In this document: piece after piece, positions 16,899 through 26,461 of the stretch
How positions within the stretch are numbered: the first letter of the stretch is position 1
Layout of the letters: each line of letters begins with the position of its first letter
From: a virus
Lineage: Duplodnaviria; Caudoviricetes
Reading direction: 5' to 3' (one strand)
IMG/VR virus record: IMGVR_UViG_3300031644_000012
Location: 1-30,899 of that record
Length of the DNA: 30,899 nt
Program-made: the position numbers and the translations under genes
Notes under the pieces: model-generated
What the model saw: only the letters and a program-made list of their open reading frames with translations
What the model was told of the DNA's origin: nothing
The model's database searches: none

Positions 16899-19808
16899 AT
16901 GAGTTATTATCAAAAAAAATACACATTAGAGTTTGATGACATTATTAAAGATGAATTTAATAATTACAAACTTGAAATATTTAAAAAATATTCCACTTCA
17001 ACTAATGATAATGTTTATGAGACTGTTACCGCTAGTGAGGCGATTAGTGTAGGTGATCCTGTGGTTTATGTATCATCGGGTTTTGTTGTTAAGGCAAAAG
17101 CATCTACTAGTTCTTTAATGCCACATATTGGTATAGCTAATACAAATATTAATCAAGGTGGATCGGGGCAAATTTTAATTAGTGGAGTTATTGCGCTATC
17201 CGGCACTTTAAATACAATATATTACGTTGGTGAAAACGGTGGATACACAACGTCTACTGTAGGATTGACAACCATAGATGTTATAGGACATCAATTCTCT
17301 TCTACTGCCGTTGTATTAACAGATGCGGAAGTCACATTAAAAGGAGATGGTAGTCCAATAACACTTAATTATAATTTAGTCCAAGATGATATTCTATCCC
17401 CATCTAGATCAAGTTATTTAGATATTTCATTTTATAAAGAAAGTTTGTCTGATGATTTTTCTGAGTTGTTTATTTCTGAGAATGACTCATTTAAGGTTTA
17501 TTTATATAAGAATAGTAATCTGTTTTGGCAAGGTTGGATAGGAACGCAATTAAGTTCAGAGCCATTTGCTTCACCTCCATATGTTGTTCAAATGAGAGCA
17601 TATGATGGATTACATTTATTAAAGGATATACCATATTTTGATAGTTTAGATGTGTTTCAAGCAACATCTAATTTATTTAATGATAGGTATGGATATCATA
17701 ATCTTACAGATGTTTTAGAAAAATGTATTTATAATACAGGGGTGCTTAATGATGTTTATTATTACGTTAAAATAACTAATGATGAGACAACAAATTTATC
17801 GACAACCTTTGTAAATGATACGAGAGTTCATCATCAAACATTCTTAAATGGTGAATCTAATTCTATGAATATGCAAGAAGTTTTGCAAAATATTTTAGAA
17901 AGTTTAGGTGCAACAATATACCAAAGAGATGGTAATTGGTGTGTTGTTAGGATATCTGATTTTACTTTAAGTTCGGGTACTCCTAGTGGAATAGTTTTAA
18001 AAAGAAGTACATGGAGGGCGGATGATAATCCAAGTGCAACTAATTATGTATTAACAACTCAAAGTTCTGATTTAGCTAGACAATATATATCTAGTGAAGT
18101 AGATTTCTTTCAAATTGAAGCTAACACAACAATGACTCTTCAATATCCATTAAAGGAAGTAATTATAAAACAAGATTTTGATCATAACATGGTTACAGAT
18201 ACAACCATTGATTCTGTAAAGGATTTAGGTGCATCTGATCCGTCCGGTACATATTTATTTACTGAATGGGAGCCAAGTGGTGCTTCAGAAGCAGTTGTTC
18301 TTAGATCAGATGATGCTCAAAGTCAAGCTAAAAACTTAAATAAATCATTTATTGAGGTTGATTTAGGTACTAGTACAATGGATATAAATTTTAAAGATGA
18401 AGCATTATATTATCCCGTCACTCATGATTGTACTATCGATTCATCTACTATTAGTGGACTTAGAGCAAAAGCCAAAATTCGTCCATTAGGAAGAAGTCAA
18501 GTTAAAGATGAGGCAGCAGCAGTAGTTTTCTCACCAAGATTATCATGGCAAGGTGGAGCAAAAGGATTTGGTATAGGAGGGGTTACAAGAAGATTTATAT
18601 TAAAATCTTATGCGCCAACTACTCTTCCTCCTCAAGCTAACATTGTTCGTGATTACGAATTAAGTATTGGTACCGCTAATTATGCTCCCGAACTTACTAG
18701 ATCAAACTTAACAATAAGCACATTCAATAATTCGGATTATGTTGTTACAATATCAACAACTGCTTATCCCGTTTGGTATCAAAGCGGAACGCTTAACGGA
18801 ACAAATACAATAACAAAAGCAGATTTTACCGGTACACCTACAAATAAAATGACTCCGGCTGAATATACTGTAAGTATTACTACTGCATCAGCTAGGATTG
18901 GATCAATTGAATGGGATATTGAGGGTATTATTAATGGTAGTAGCACACCTCCCGGAACAGATAGTTGGGAAGTTAAGTGGACGGGTATCCCCGCAGTTGA
19001 TAACAAAGACACTACTGATGTTGCAGCTACTATATTTAAAAAGGATTTTAACGAATCTCAAGCAGATTATGCAGCAGCTAGAGTGGTGACAAATAAAATA
19101 AATGATTGGTTTGATTGCACTATTACCGGATCAGATGGTTGGAACTCAGCTATCAGTTCATTAAAAGTTGAAATGTATATTTTTGGGGGTGCTAAGTTTT
19201 TAGATGCAAGTGGAGAGTTTTTCCCGTTTCCGTATACCAATACATACGATGTTAGTTATACTGACATTGAATTGGTTCCACTTGTTACTAATTCTAAGTT
19301 TGCTCCGGAAAAGCAAGAATATATAATTTCACAAAATAAAAAATATAGCAGTATTAAAACAAAATCAATTAAAATGGGTTCGGGTTTATTTAATACGGGT
19401 TCCAATGTATTGGTAGGATTTGAACCATCTACACCACCCTCTGCCGTTAAAAGTTGGACTAATTGGGATGATACTAAATTAAGTGGATATACCATGCAAC
19501 ATTTATTAGCTGCTTGTTATATGCAGTTGTACAGGATTTCTGTTAGAAGAATGGATGGAACACATTATGGTAATTATAAATACGGTGATAGATTGGTTCT
19601 TAAGGTTAACGGATCCACAGAAACACTAAATGGAAGTCAAGGAAAATTCTTTCCCATGAACGTTTCAATGGACTTAAAGATGGCAATGGTGAGTTTTAGT
19701 GGTGATGATTTACTAGACAATACGGGTAGTAGTTGGATATCCGGCTTGACTAGGAAGATAAAATGGATTGGCAATAACAATATTACTCAAACAGAAACTT
19801 TAACTTAA
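16899..19808 (+). CDS. Tail tip / baseplate-hub-like structural protein (969 aa)
   Basis: Follows the tape measure; KY.LEF, FW.GW, A.DGL.LLK and IYQ.DG.W motifs typical of Bacteroidota siphophage tail-tip proteins. Confidence 0.75.
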   Translation: MSYYQKKYTLEFDDIIKDEFNNYKLEIFKKYSTSTNDNVYETVTASEAISVGDPVVYVSSGFVVKAKASTSSLMPHIGIANTNINQGGSGQILISGVIALSGTLNTIYYVGENGGYTTSTVGLTTIDVIGHQFSSTAVVLTDAEVTLKGDGSPITLNYNLVQDDILSPSRSSYLDISFYKESLSDDFSELFISENDSFKVYLYKNSNLFWQGWIGTQLSSEPFASPPYVVQMRAYDGLHLLKDIPYFDSLDVFQATSNLFNDRYGYHNLTDVLEKCIYNTGVLNDVYYYVKITNDETTNLSTTFVNDTRVHHQTFLNGESNSMNMQEVLQNILESLGATIYQRDGNWCVVRISDFTLSSGTPSGIVLKRSTWRADDNPSATNYVLTTQSSDLARQYISSEVDFFQIEANTTMTLQYPLKEVIIKQDFDHNMVTDTTIDSVKDLGASDPSGTYLFTEWEPSGASEAVVLRSDDAQSQAKNLNKSFIEVDLGTSTMDINFKDEALYYPVTHDCTIDSSTISGLRAKAKIRPLGRSQVKDEAAAVVFSPRLSWQGGAKGFGIGGVTRRFILKSYAPTTLPPQANIVRDYELSIGTANYAPELTRSNLTISTFNNSDYVVTISTTAYPVWYQSGTLNGTNTITKADFTGTPTNKMTPAEYTVSITTASARIGSIEWDIEGIINGSSTPPGTDSWEVKWTGIPAVDNKDTTDVAATIFKKDFNESQADYAAARVVTNKINDWFDCTITGSDGWNSAISSLKVEMYIFGGAKFLDASGEFFPFPYTNTYDVSYTDIELVPLVTNSKFAPEKQEYIISQNKKYSSIKTKSIKMGSGLFNTGSNVLVGFEPSTPPSAVKSWTNWDDTKLSGYTMQHLLAACYMQLYRISVRRMDGTHYGNYKYGDRLVLKVNGSTETLNGSQGKFFPMNVSMDLKMAMVSFSGDDLLDNTGSSWISGLTRKIKWIGNNNITQTETLT

Positions 19809-19881
19809 TTTTTTTTTGGATTTGTAGAAATCTTTATTTAGCATTGTACAGTTAAATAAATGTTTTACTAAACAAGAAAGA

Positions 19882-20424
19882 ATGAACAAATCAATAAATG
19901 AAAAGTTATTTGCTCTTCAGAATGAAATAGGTGCTATTAGCAAGGATGCTAAGAATCCTTTTTATAAGAGTAAATATTTTGATATTAATTCATTAATAAA
20001 GCAATTACAACCTTTATTAGAAAAGCATAGGTTATTGCTACTACAACCACCAAAAGCAGATGGTGATGTATTGGTTTATACCTATATCTTGTGTGTTGAT
20101 AGTGGTGAGTTCGTTGAGGCTTCTATGAAATTACCCGACTTAGCTGATATACAGAAGTTAGGAGGAGCCGTAACATATTTGCGTAGGTACACATTAAGTA
20201 GTCTTCTTGGTTTACAATCTGAGGATGATGATGGTAATGCAGCAAGTAATGCTAGTGTTAAATCTTCTGCTCCAAAGGCAAAAGATAAATTAAGTAAGGA
20301 TAGATTTGATAATGCAGTAAAGCAATATAAAAACAATCCCGAATACATTAAAGATAATTTAAGGAAATACACCTTAGATGAAGTTCAATTAAATATTTTA
20401 AGTAAAAACAAAATAGTTCTATAA
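19882..20424 (+). CDS. erf: ERF-family single-strand annealing protein
   Basis: KDAKNPFYKSKY, LLLLQP, QKLGGAVTYLRRYTL...GL..EDDDGN signature. Confidence 0.92.
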   Translation: MNKSINEKLFALQNEIGAISKDAKNPFYKSKYFDINSLIKQLQPLLEKHRLLLLQPPKADGDVLVYTYILCVDSGEFVEASMKLPDLADIQKLGGAVTYLRRYTLSSLLGLQSEDDDGNAASNASVKSSAPKAKDKLSKDRFDNAVKQYKNNPEYIKDNLRKYTLDEVQLNILSKNKIVL

Positions 20425-20426
20425 TT

Positions 20427-20666
20427 ATGGCTGATTTATATTTAGTAAAATTAAACCTAGAGGCTTTAGAAGCCTTAAAGGATAAAGCATGGAAGGGTAA
20501 AAACCTTGATGTTGCAATTTGGGTTAACGATGATGTTGATCATACCGATGATAATGAGAATTGGAAAGCAATTTCTGTTTCTCACGGTAATAAGAAGAAA
20601 GGTGAGACAGTTGTTTATGTCGGTAATGGCAAGAAGTTTGTCAATGACAATAACCCTCCATTTTAA
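20427..20666 (+). CDS. Small SSB-like protein
   Basis: Beta-rich, YVGNGK motif, ends ...NNPPF like an SSB C-terminal tip; lies between ERF and the exonuclease. Confidence 0.55.
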   Translation: MADLYLVKLNLEALEALKDKAWKGKNLDVAIWVNDDVDHTDDNENWKAISVSHGNKKKGETVVYVGNGKKFVNDNNPPF

Positions 20667-21418
20667 TGTTTGAGATAGTAAAGCAACTGCCTAACCTATC
20701 TAATAACCTATATCATTCAGTTGGGACGGAGATTATTTCTTCGTCCTTTCTGAAGGGTGTATATAAGCATTCGGTAAATAGGGCAAAAATACCATTAGAG
20801 CCAAATGATGCTTTAACGTTTGGAACACAATTTCACGATATATGTGAATTAGGGACAAAAGAGTTTAATAATATGTATTCTGTTATTCCCGATGATTGTT
20901 CCAATAAACGAACTAAATTGTACAAGGAGTTTATAAAGGATAACCCAAATGCTTTAACAAAAGGTGATTCTGTTAGACTAAGTAGAATGTATGATAGCCT
21001 AAACTCAAATGAATTTTACAGGAGTTTAGAGGATAATTATGATGCTCATTCAGAGCATAGCTTTTATGCTAAGAGAGATGGTTTAAATTTTCGGATCCGT
21101 CCCGATAAGCATTATAGCTTTAACGGGGAAATACTACACGTTGTTGATTTTAAGACAACAGGAGATTGTAGTACATTTAGATTTGATATATTAAAATATG
21201 GATATGATTTACAAGCGGTTTTTTATGCGGATGTTCTTGGGATTAATCCCGCTGATTTTTATTTTATTGCTATCGAAAAGACATATCCGTACACGTGTCA
21301 AGTCTTTGGGTTGTCTGAAGAGTCAATCAACAAAGGAAGACGCAAAATGGATATAGCTATTAATAAGATTAAGAGTGGCGAGAAGTCTATTGGATACGAA
21401 TTAGTTGAACGAGTTTAA
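20666..21418 (+). CDS. RecE / exonuclease VIII-like PD-(D/E)XK nuclease (DUF3799)
   Basis: YH.....ISSS.LK, FGT.FH, RIRPD, VDFKTT, Y.LQA.FY, FYFIAIEK..PY motifs. Confidence 0.9.
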   Translation: MFEIVKQLPNLSNNLYHSVGTEIISSSFLKGVYKHSVNRAKIPLEPNDALTFGTQFHDICELGTKEFNNMYSVIPDDCSNKRTKLYKEFIKDNPNALTKGDSVRLSRMYDSLNSNEFYRSLEDNYDAHSEHSFYAKRDGLNFRIRPDKHYSFNGEILHVVDFKTTGDCSTFRFDILKYGYDLQAVFYADVLGINPADFYFIAIEKTYPYTCQVFGLSEESINKGRRKMDIAINKIKSGEKSIGYELVERV

Positions 21419-21427
21419 TTATATATT

Positions 21428-21580
21428 ATGACGATAGATATTTTAACAACATACATAAAAGATGAGGATTGCTACGGATTTGATTTTATTAAAATTAACT
21501 ACAAATCACTTTTATCAATTCATTACGATGCATTCTTTAAAACAGTATCAATAGAGTTGTTCTTTAGAATACTCCGTTGA
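21428..21580 (+). CDS. Hypothetical 50-aa protein (not in ORF track)
   Basis: MTIDILTTYIKDEDCYG...FRILR; fills the gap and its stop overlaps the next TTG start. Confidence 0.55.
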   Translation: MTIDILTTYIKDEDCYGFDFIKINYKSLLSIHYDAFFKTVSIELFFRILR

Positions 21581-21933
21581 AGCGTTTTAAGAAGACTAGA
21601 AACAATAACTCAATGACTGAGGCAGCATTCTTTGGTTGGATTAGATCATTGCTTAGAATGCGTTATATGAGGGGATGGAAGCCACACAATGAAGTGGCTA
21701 AAGATAACAGGAGAGCCATTACTAAAAAGAGTAGGGCAAAATGGGAATATCAATGCGCTGATTGTAATGATTGGTTCCTTAGAAAAGAAGTTGACATTGA
21801 TCATATCATTCCTTGTGGTACATTAAAATCATTTCAAGATTTATCATTATTCTGCGAACGATTGTTTGTAGAGAAAGAAGGATTGCAAGTCTTATGCAAG
21901 GTTTGCCATAAAAAGAAAACACATGACACTTAA
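21577..21933 (+). CDS. HNH endonuclease
   Basis: CADC...DIDHIIP...LQVLCKVCH..KT. Confidence 0.85.
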   Translation: MKRFKKTRNNNSMTEAAFFGWIRSLLRMRYMRGWKPHNEVAKDNRRAITKKSRAKWEYQCADCNDWFLRKEVDIDHIIPCGTLKSFQDLSLFCERLFVEKEGLQVLCKVCHKKKTHDT

Positions 21934-22120
21934 ACTAATTCACCATTACTTTAAACATTTTAAAGAAGACAAATTCGTAAACTTAGTTTTGAAAGGTAAC
22001 GAGATATTTGCAATTAATAAAATAACAAATTGTAAACAAATCTTTGTTAATTCGGAGGAAAGTATTAAGATTACGGACAAAAAAGATTTAGATAAGGTAA
22101 AAAAATACATATATGACTAA
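21923..22120 (+). CDS. Hypothetical protein
   Basis: 65 aa ORF overlapping both neighbours. Confidence 0.55.
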   Translation: MTLKLIHHYFKHFKEDKFVNLVLKGNEIFAINKITNCKQIFVNSEESIKITDKKDLDKVKKYIYD

Positions 22121-22358
22121 AATATCACACCAAATAAGAAAAAAGGCTGCTAGAATGCAGATAATAATATTCATGGAATTACTTCTGAATAAGAAGAGTG
22201 AGTTTGATGGACTTGAGGAGACTTATCACATGATAAGAAGGGATTGGATGAAATTAACAAACGTTCACTTACCCTCTCATTATTGCAATTACAAATCATT
22301 ATATAAAAGAGCAATACTTAGTGAGTTTAGGAAAGTAACTATCGCAGCAAATGATTGA
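22113..22358 (+). CDS. Hypothetical protein
   Basis: 81 aa ORF overlapping both neighbours. Confidence 0.55.
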   Translation: MTKISHQIRKKAARMQIIIFMELLLNKKSEFDGLEETYHMIRRDWMKLTNVHLPSHYCNYKSLYKRAILSEFRKVTIAAND

Positions 22359-23376
22359 TTCGTTCCTAGAAAACATTGATCATCTTCATGATTTGGTGGT
22401 GATTAAGACAAATATTTCTCAAAAAGTTAAAAAGGATGTTGTTATGACAATTCGCTCTATGAAGAGAACTATTGTCGAATATGTAGAAAGTAATGCATTA
22501 GCTGAAGTAGATGGAGTTAATGATGATAAGGATGACTTTTGGGATTGGATTAACAAAGGAAGTAATGCTCAGACAACTTTTATTAACAGATATGATAGAA
22601 TATTTAAATGGAAGAGGGGTTGGGTAAATTCTTGGACAGGATATTCAAACGAAGGTAAGTCTAGTTGGTTGTATTTTGTAATACTTATAAAACTATTACA
22701 GGATCCGGAAGCAAAAGTTGCCGTGTTTTCTCCCGAAAATTATCCTCGGAACAAATTTGTTAAGGATTGGGTAAAGACAATGTTAGGTTGTGATCCAAAA
22801 TATTCCAATAGACTAAAATGTGAAAAAATGATAGAGCAATTTAATGACAGATTGTTTTACGTTTATCCATCAAACCATGATATTGAAAGCATTGAGGCTC
22901 AGTTTAAAAATCTAATTAAACTAAATAAAGTTAACATAACCGTTATTGATCCGTATTTAAAGGTTTCTAAGCCTAGTGGTGTAAATGATTTACAATATTT
23001 GACATCTTTTTTAAAGAGACAAGAGGTATTTGCTAAAAACTTTAACGTAAGTCATCATGTTGTTTACCATCAATTAACCCCTCAGATAGATGAAACGGGT
23101 AATTATCCCGAACCCGATCAATATAAAATGAAGGGTGGAGGTAATATTGCTGATGGATCCGATACGGTTAGTTCTGTGTGGCGCCCTTACAGGAAGACAG
23201 AGGAAGAAAATAAAAGTGTTTTAATAAAAACGCAAAAGGTAAAGGATTTCGATGTTTTTACTCTAGGATATCTAAAATTAGATTACAATCTTAGTAAGAA
23301 TAGGTATTTCTTAGAGGGAATTGATATCTTTGACGAAGCAATGAAGAATAGTAAATTCAAAGAAGAACTATTTTAA
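22351..23376 (+). CDS. SF4 (DnaB / T7 gp4 / Twinkle-like) helicase, without primase domain
   Basis: Walker A TGYSNEGKS, FSPEN, Walker B VIDP, VVYHQ, KGGG.IAD..D, QKVK. Confidence 0.85.
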   Translation: MIDSFLENIDHLHDLVVIKTNISQKVKKDVVMTIRSMKRTIVEYVESNALAEVDGVNDDKDDFWDWINKGSNAQTTFINRYDRIFKWKRGWVNSWTGYSNEGKSSWLYFVILIKLLQDPEAKVAVFSPENYPRNKFVKDWVKTMLGCDPKYSNRLKCEKMIEQFNDRLFYVYPSNHDIESIEAQFKNLIKLNKVNITVIDPYLKVSKPSGVNDLQYLTSFLKRQEVFAKNFNVSHHVVYHQLTPQIDETGNYPEPDQYKMKGGGNIADGSDTVSSVWRPYRKTEEENKSVLIKTQKVKDFDVFTLGYLKLDYNLSKNRYFLEGIDIFDEAMKNSKFKEELF

Positions 23377-23377
23377 C

Positions 23378-23857
23378 ATGAAAACAATATTATCAATAAT
23401 AGCGTTATTTAGTGCTATAGTAGCACCAAACGCAACAATAGAGAACATTCCCTACGAAACTTATTACTCTATAGACTATCAAGATGTATCAATTGATACA
23501 TTGCTACAGAGCATAATACTTGTTGAATCCAATGGAGATTCTTCAGCAGTAGGAGATAAGCATATGAAAACCCCTAGTATCGGGTTACTCCAAATTCGTG
23601 AGGTTATGGTAGATGAAATAAATAGAATACTTAAAAAACAACGTAGTAAGGTACGTTATGTGTATTCGGATAGGTGGAGTGCCACTAAGTCAGTAGAGAT
23701 GTATTACATATGGAAGGAATTTCATCATAATTATTCTGCTCCGGAAGTTATTGCAAGGAATTGGAATGGTGGTACCTACGGCTATAAAAAGAAAGCTACA
23801 ATTAAATATTGGGCAAAAGTGAAATCTAAACTAAGAGATTATGAAAAATCCATTTGA
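23378..23857 (+). CDS. Lysozyme-like / lytic transglycosylase with N-terminal signal sequence
   Basis: MKTILSIIALFSAIVA leader; catalytic LVES, GLLQI, ARNWNGG and YW.KV motifs. Confidence 0.8.
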   Translation: MKTILSIIALFSAIVAPNATIENIPYETYYSIDYQDVSIDTLLQSIILVESNGDSSAVGDKHMKTPSIGLLQIREVMVDEINRILKKQRSKVRYVYSDRWSATKSVEMYYIWKEFHHNYSAPEVIARNWNGGTYGYKKKATIKYWAKVKSKLRDYEKSI

Positions 23858-24038
23858 AAGAAATGTAGAAATGTTAGAAGATTTATTATCATTTTACAAT
23901 TATGAGCCAAAAATAATTAACGGGATGAGCAAGGAAGAAGCTATGATAACTCTTATTAATTGCATGATAAACTACAATGAAGAACTATCTTGTACTCTTA
24001 TTGAGGATCAAATAGATGAGATTTTAAGAAATGATTAA
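23841..24038 (+). CDS. Hypothetical protein
   Basis: 65 aa ORF within the operon. Confidence 0.55.
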   Translation: MKNPFERNVEMLEDLLSFYNYEPKIINGMSKEEAMITLINCMINYNEELSCTLIEDQIDEILRND

Positions 24039-24480
24039 ACTTCCAATTTACAAGCCAAAACTTACATCAATTAAATTTAATTGCAAACATATTCCAAGGG
24101 GATTTACTGATGGCATTAAAGTAAAGGCTGATAGTGAAAGCTATGCTCATACTAAAATTGCTCACGCATATATTCATTTAAATGGTATGATTGAGTTTGG
24201 ATTAAATGATAAGATGATATCTGAAGATGATGATAGTCATTTAATTATTAAGGTGCTTGTTAAGCATAAGTATGATTCAGATAAGGTAGATAGTTTAAGG
24301 AATGTTGTGTCAACTACTGATTGGCTTTTAGCTTCTCAGCTTGATGCTATAGCTTGGCTTTGTCGGAAGTGGTTTTCAGATTACAATATTACAAATGTAA
24401 AAAACGAGTGTGGAGATATGTTTCCATATAAATTATTAACAAAATATATATCAAATGACGGATTTACAAAATACGTTTAA
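24031..24480 (+). CDS. Divergent, probably inactive Amidase_2 / T7-lysozyme-like protein
   Basis: Pattern SIKFNC / AHAYIHLNGMIEFGL / SQLDAIAWLC...Y / NEC parallels the T7 gp3.5 layout; recognised by eye only. Confidence 0.45.
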   Translation: MIKLPIYKPKLTSIKFNCKHIPRGFTDGIKVKADSESYAHTKIAHAYIHLNGMIEFGLNDKMISEDDDSHLIIKVLVKHKYDSDKVDSLRNVVSTTDWLLASQLDAIAWLCRKWFSDYNITNVKNECGDMFPYKLLTKYISNDGFTKYV

Positions 24481-24898
24481 TAAAGATTTAGAGTTTGGGC
24501 ATGAGGGTGAAGAGGTAGTATTAGATTACATTAGGACAAAATATGAATGTGCTGTTCGCATTCCTAATAAGTTTTCTGATTACGATATTTGGATTCCCGA
24601 AATAGGAAAAAGTGTTGAGGTTAAATACGATATTAGAAGTAATGATACAGGAAACTTCTTTATTGAATTATACATGAGCGGGAAACCATCCGGATTGCTT
24701 TCTAGTAAGGCTGATTGGTGGGTTTTTTATGATGGGCATAGGTTTTATTGGATTGAGTTAGAAAAGCTAAAACAACTAATAATACTTTCATCTAGCAATT
24801 GGATTGAAGTTCAACCAAAGGGTGATAAGGAACCCAAGAAGGCATTCATAATAAAGAAATCATTAATGTCTCAATATTCATTTAAAAATTTCTTTTGA
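24455..24898 (+). CDS. PD-(D/E)XK nuclease-like protein
   Basis: DL..G..GE, YDI, VEVKYD, TGNFFIE, GL..SKADWW. Confidence 0.8.
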   Translation: MTDLQNTFNKDLEFGHEGEEVVLDYIRTKYECAVRIPNKFSDYDIWIPEIGKSVEVKYDIRSNDTGNFFIELYMSGKPSGLLSSKADWWVFYDGHRFYWIELEKLKQLIILSSSNWIEVQPKGDKEPKKAFIIKKSLMSQYSFKNFF

Positions 24899-24994
24899 GG
24901 TTCGGTAAAACAGAACTTCATAATATGTTTAGGGCATTTCTTGTCCTAGCATCATTTATTATAACAGTTTCATCAATTATTATATTAATATCTT

Positions 24995-26047
24995 ATGCGA
25001 TTCTTAGTTATTCTTAAATCTAAATCAAGTGGTGTTAGCTACCATAGATTATTAAAACCATTTGAAAAGCTAAAAGAAAGAGGGCATTCAGTTGATATGA
25101 TAGACACATATCATGAGTCTAAAATTGATTCGGACAAATATGACTACCTAGTTTTCAACAGGGGATTGGGTTATAATTATCATGACTTAGAAATTATAGA
25201 TAAGTTTAAGGATAAGGGAATTAAAATAATCATGGACATAGATGACTATTGGGTTCTTCCCGATTATCATCCAATTGTTTGGCGGGATGATGTGGATTAT
25301 GATAAATGGAGGGGTAGCATTGTAGCTAATCTCGCAATGGCTGATTACATTTGGACATCAACAGAATATCTTAAATCTAAAATAGAAAGTCTCGTTCCCA
25401 ATACCCCAACAGTAATTGCTAGAAATGCTATTGATTACGATGATGAATTACAATGGAGTGAGGTTAAGAGCAAATCTAGAAATAAGGATAAGGTTGTTAT
25501 TGGCTATGCCGGTAGTACAACACATTACATGGATTTGGATCCACTACAAACTGCAATACGAAGGATTAATACTAACAGTTTCTTAAGAAAAAATGTTATG
25601 TTTAATTTGTTCGGTGTTGATTTTAAAACAAATGTCGGTAAAAAGGTTTGGAATCATCAAGCAAAAGTAATGACAGTGCAAGGTAGATTTAATAATCTTC
25701 ACCTTGATGGAGGAAGACACGTTTCCGAATACGCTTATTTTTATGATGAAATGGATGTTTCAATTGCATCTGTAGTTGATAATGATTTTAATAGATGCAA
25801 GAGTGAGTTAAAAATAATAGAAGCCGGAGCAAAATATACTCCATTCATTGGCACCGACATAATAACATATAACAGGACAGAGGCTAACATTGATTTATGT
25901 AGCAATCCCGATGAATGGACTAATTCTATGAAGGAATTAATCTTAGACAAACATTTAAGGGCAGAGTTAGGTAAAGAGTTGGGTGAGTATGTTCGGGATG
26001 AATATGTAATTGATAAGGAGAATCAAGCTAGACTAAATATTTTATGA
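24995..26047 (+). CDS. Glycosyltransferase (GT-B fold, GT4-like)
   Basis: GVSYHRL..P, MDIDD, NAID, IGYAGSTTH..DL, FNRCKSELKIIEAG. Confidence 0.88.
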   Translation: MRFLVILKSKSSGVSYHRLLKPFEKLKERGHSVDMIDTYHESKIDSDKYDYLVFNRGLGYNYHDLEIIDKFKDKGIKIIMDIDDYWVLPDYHPIVWRDDVDYDKWRGSIVANLAMADYIWTSTEYLKSKIESLVPNTPTVIARNAIDYDDELQWSEVKSKSRNKDKVVIGYAGSTTHYMDLDPLQTAIRRINTNSFLRKNVMFNLFGVDFKTNVGKKVWNHQAKVMTVQGRFNNLHLDGGRHVSEYAYFYDEMDVSIASVVDNDFNRCKSELKIIEAGAKYTPFIGTDIITYNRTEANIDLCSNPDEWTNSMKELILDKHLRAELGKELGEYVRDEYVIDKENQARLNIL

Positions 26048-26065
26048 ATATATTCACTATAAGTT

Positions 26066-26434
26066 ATGAATTTAGGAGAGTACGCTGAGTCATTGTTTAC
26101 GACAATATGCACAGGAGAGGGATACGCCGTTTCTAAGCCATTTTATCATGAGGTAAGGTATGATTTAGTGGTTGATGTAAATAATGCATTACATAGGGTT
26201 CAAGTGAAGTCTACGGATCATGTCCGTCCAAAGGATAATCAATGTCAGGTTAGAGTAAATTATAGCAAAGAAGAGGTAGATTGGTTTGCTATTTATATAC
26301 ATAAAACCAATGATTGGTATGTTCTACCAATAGATGTTGTTGAAGATATTAAGCAATTTTCAATTAAATTAGGTTATAAGTCAAAATACGATATATTTAA
26401 AAATAATTTTGGATTTGTCCGTCATGGGTTTTAG
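26066..26434 (+). CDS. PD-(D/E)XK endonuclease (PDDEXK_5-like)
   Basis: G..AE..F, VSKP....RYDLVVD, RVQVKS, Y....VDWFAIY, WYVLP. Confidence 0.85.
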   Translation: MNLGEYAESLFTTICTGEGYAVSKPFYHEVRYDLVVDVNNALHRVQVKSTDHVRPKDNQCQVRVNYSKEEVDWFAIYIHKTNDWYVLPIDVVEDIKQFSIKLGYKSKYDIFKNNFGFVRHGF

Positions 26435-26461
26435 ATTTGAGTATTATTAATCAAAAATAAA

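Noticed and set aside
26066-26434. Group I intron around the PD-(D/E)XK endonuclease
   Set aside because: Flanking genes look complete and the spacers are under 30 bp, leaving no room for an intron core.
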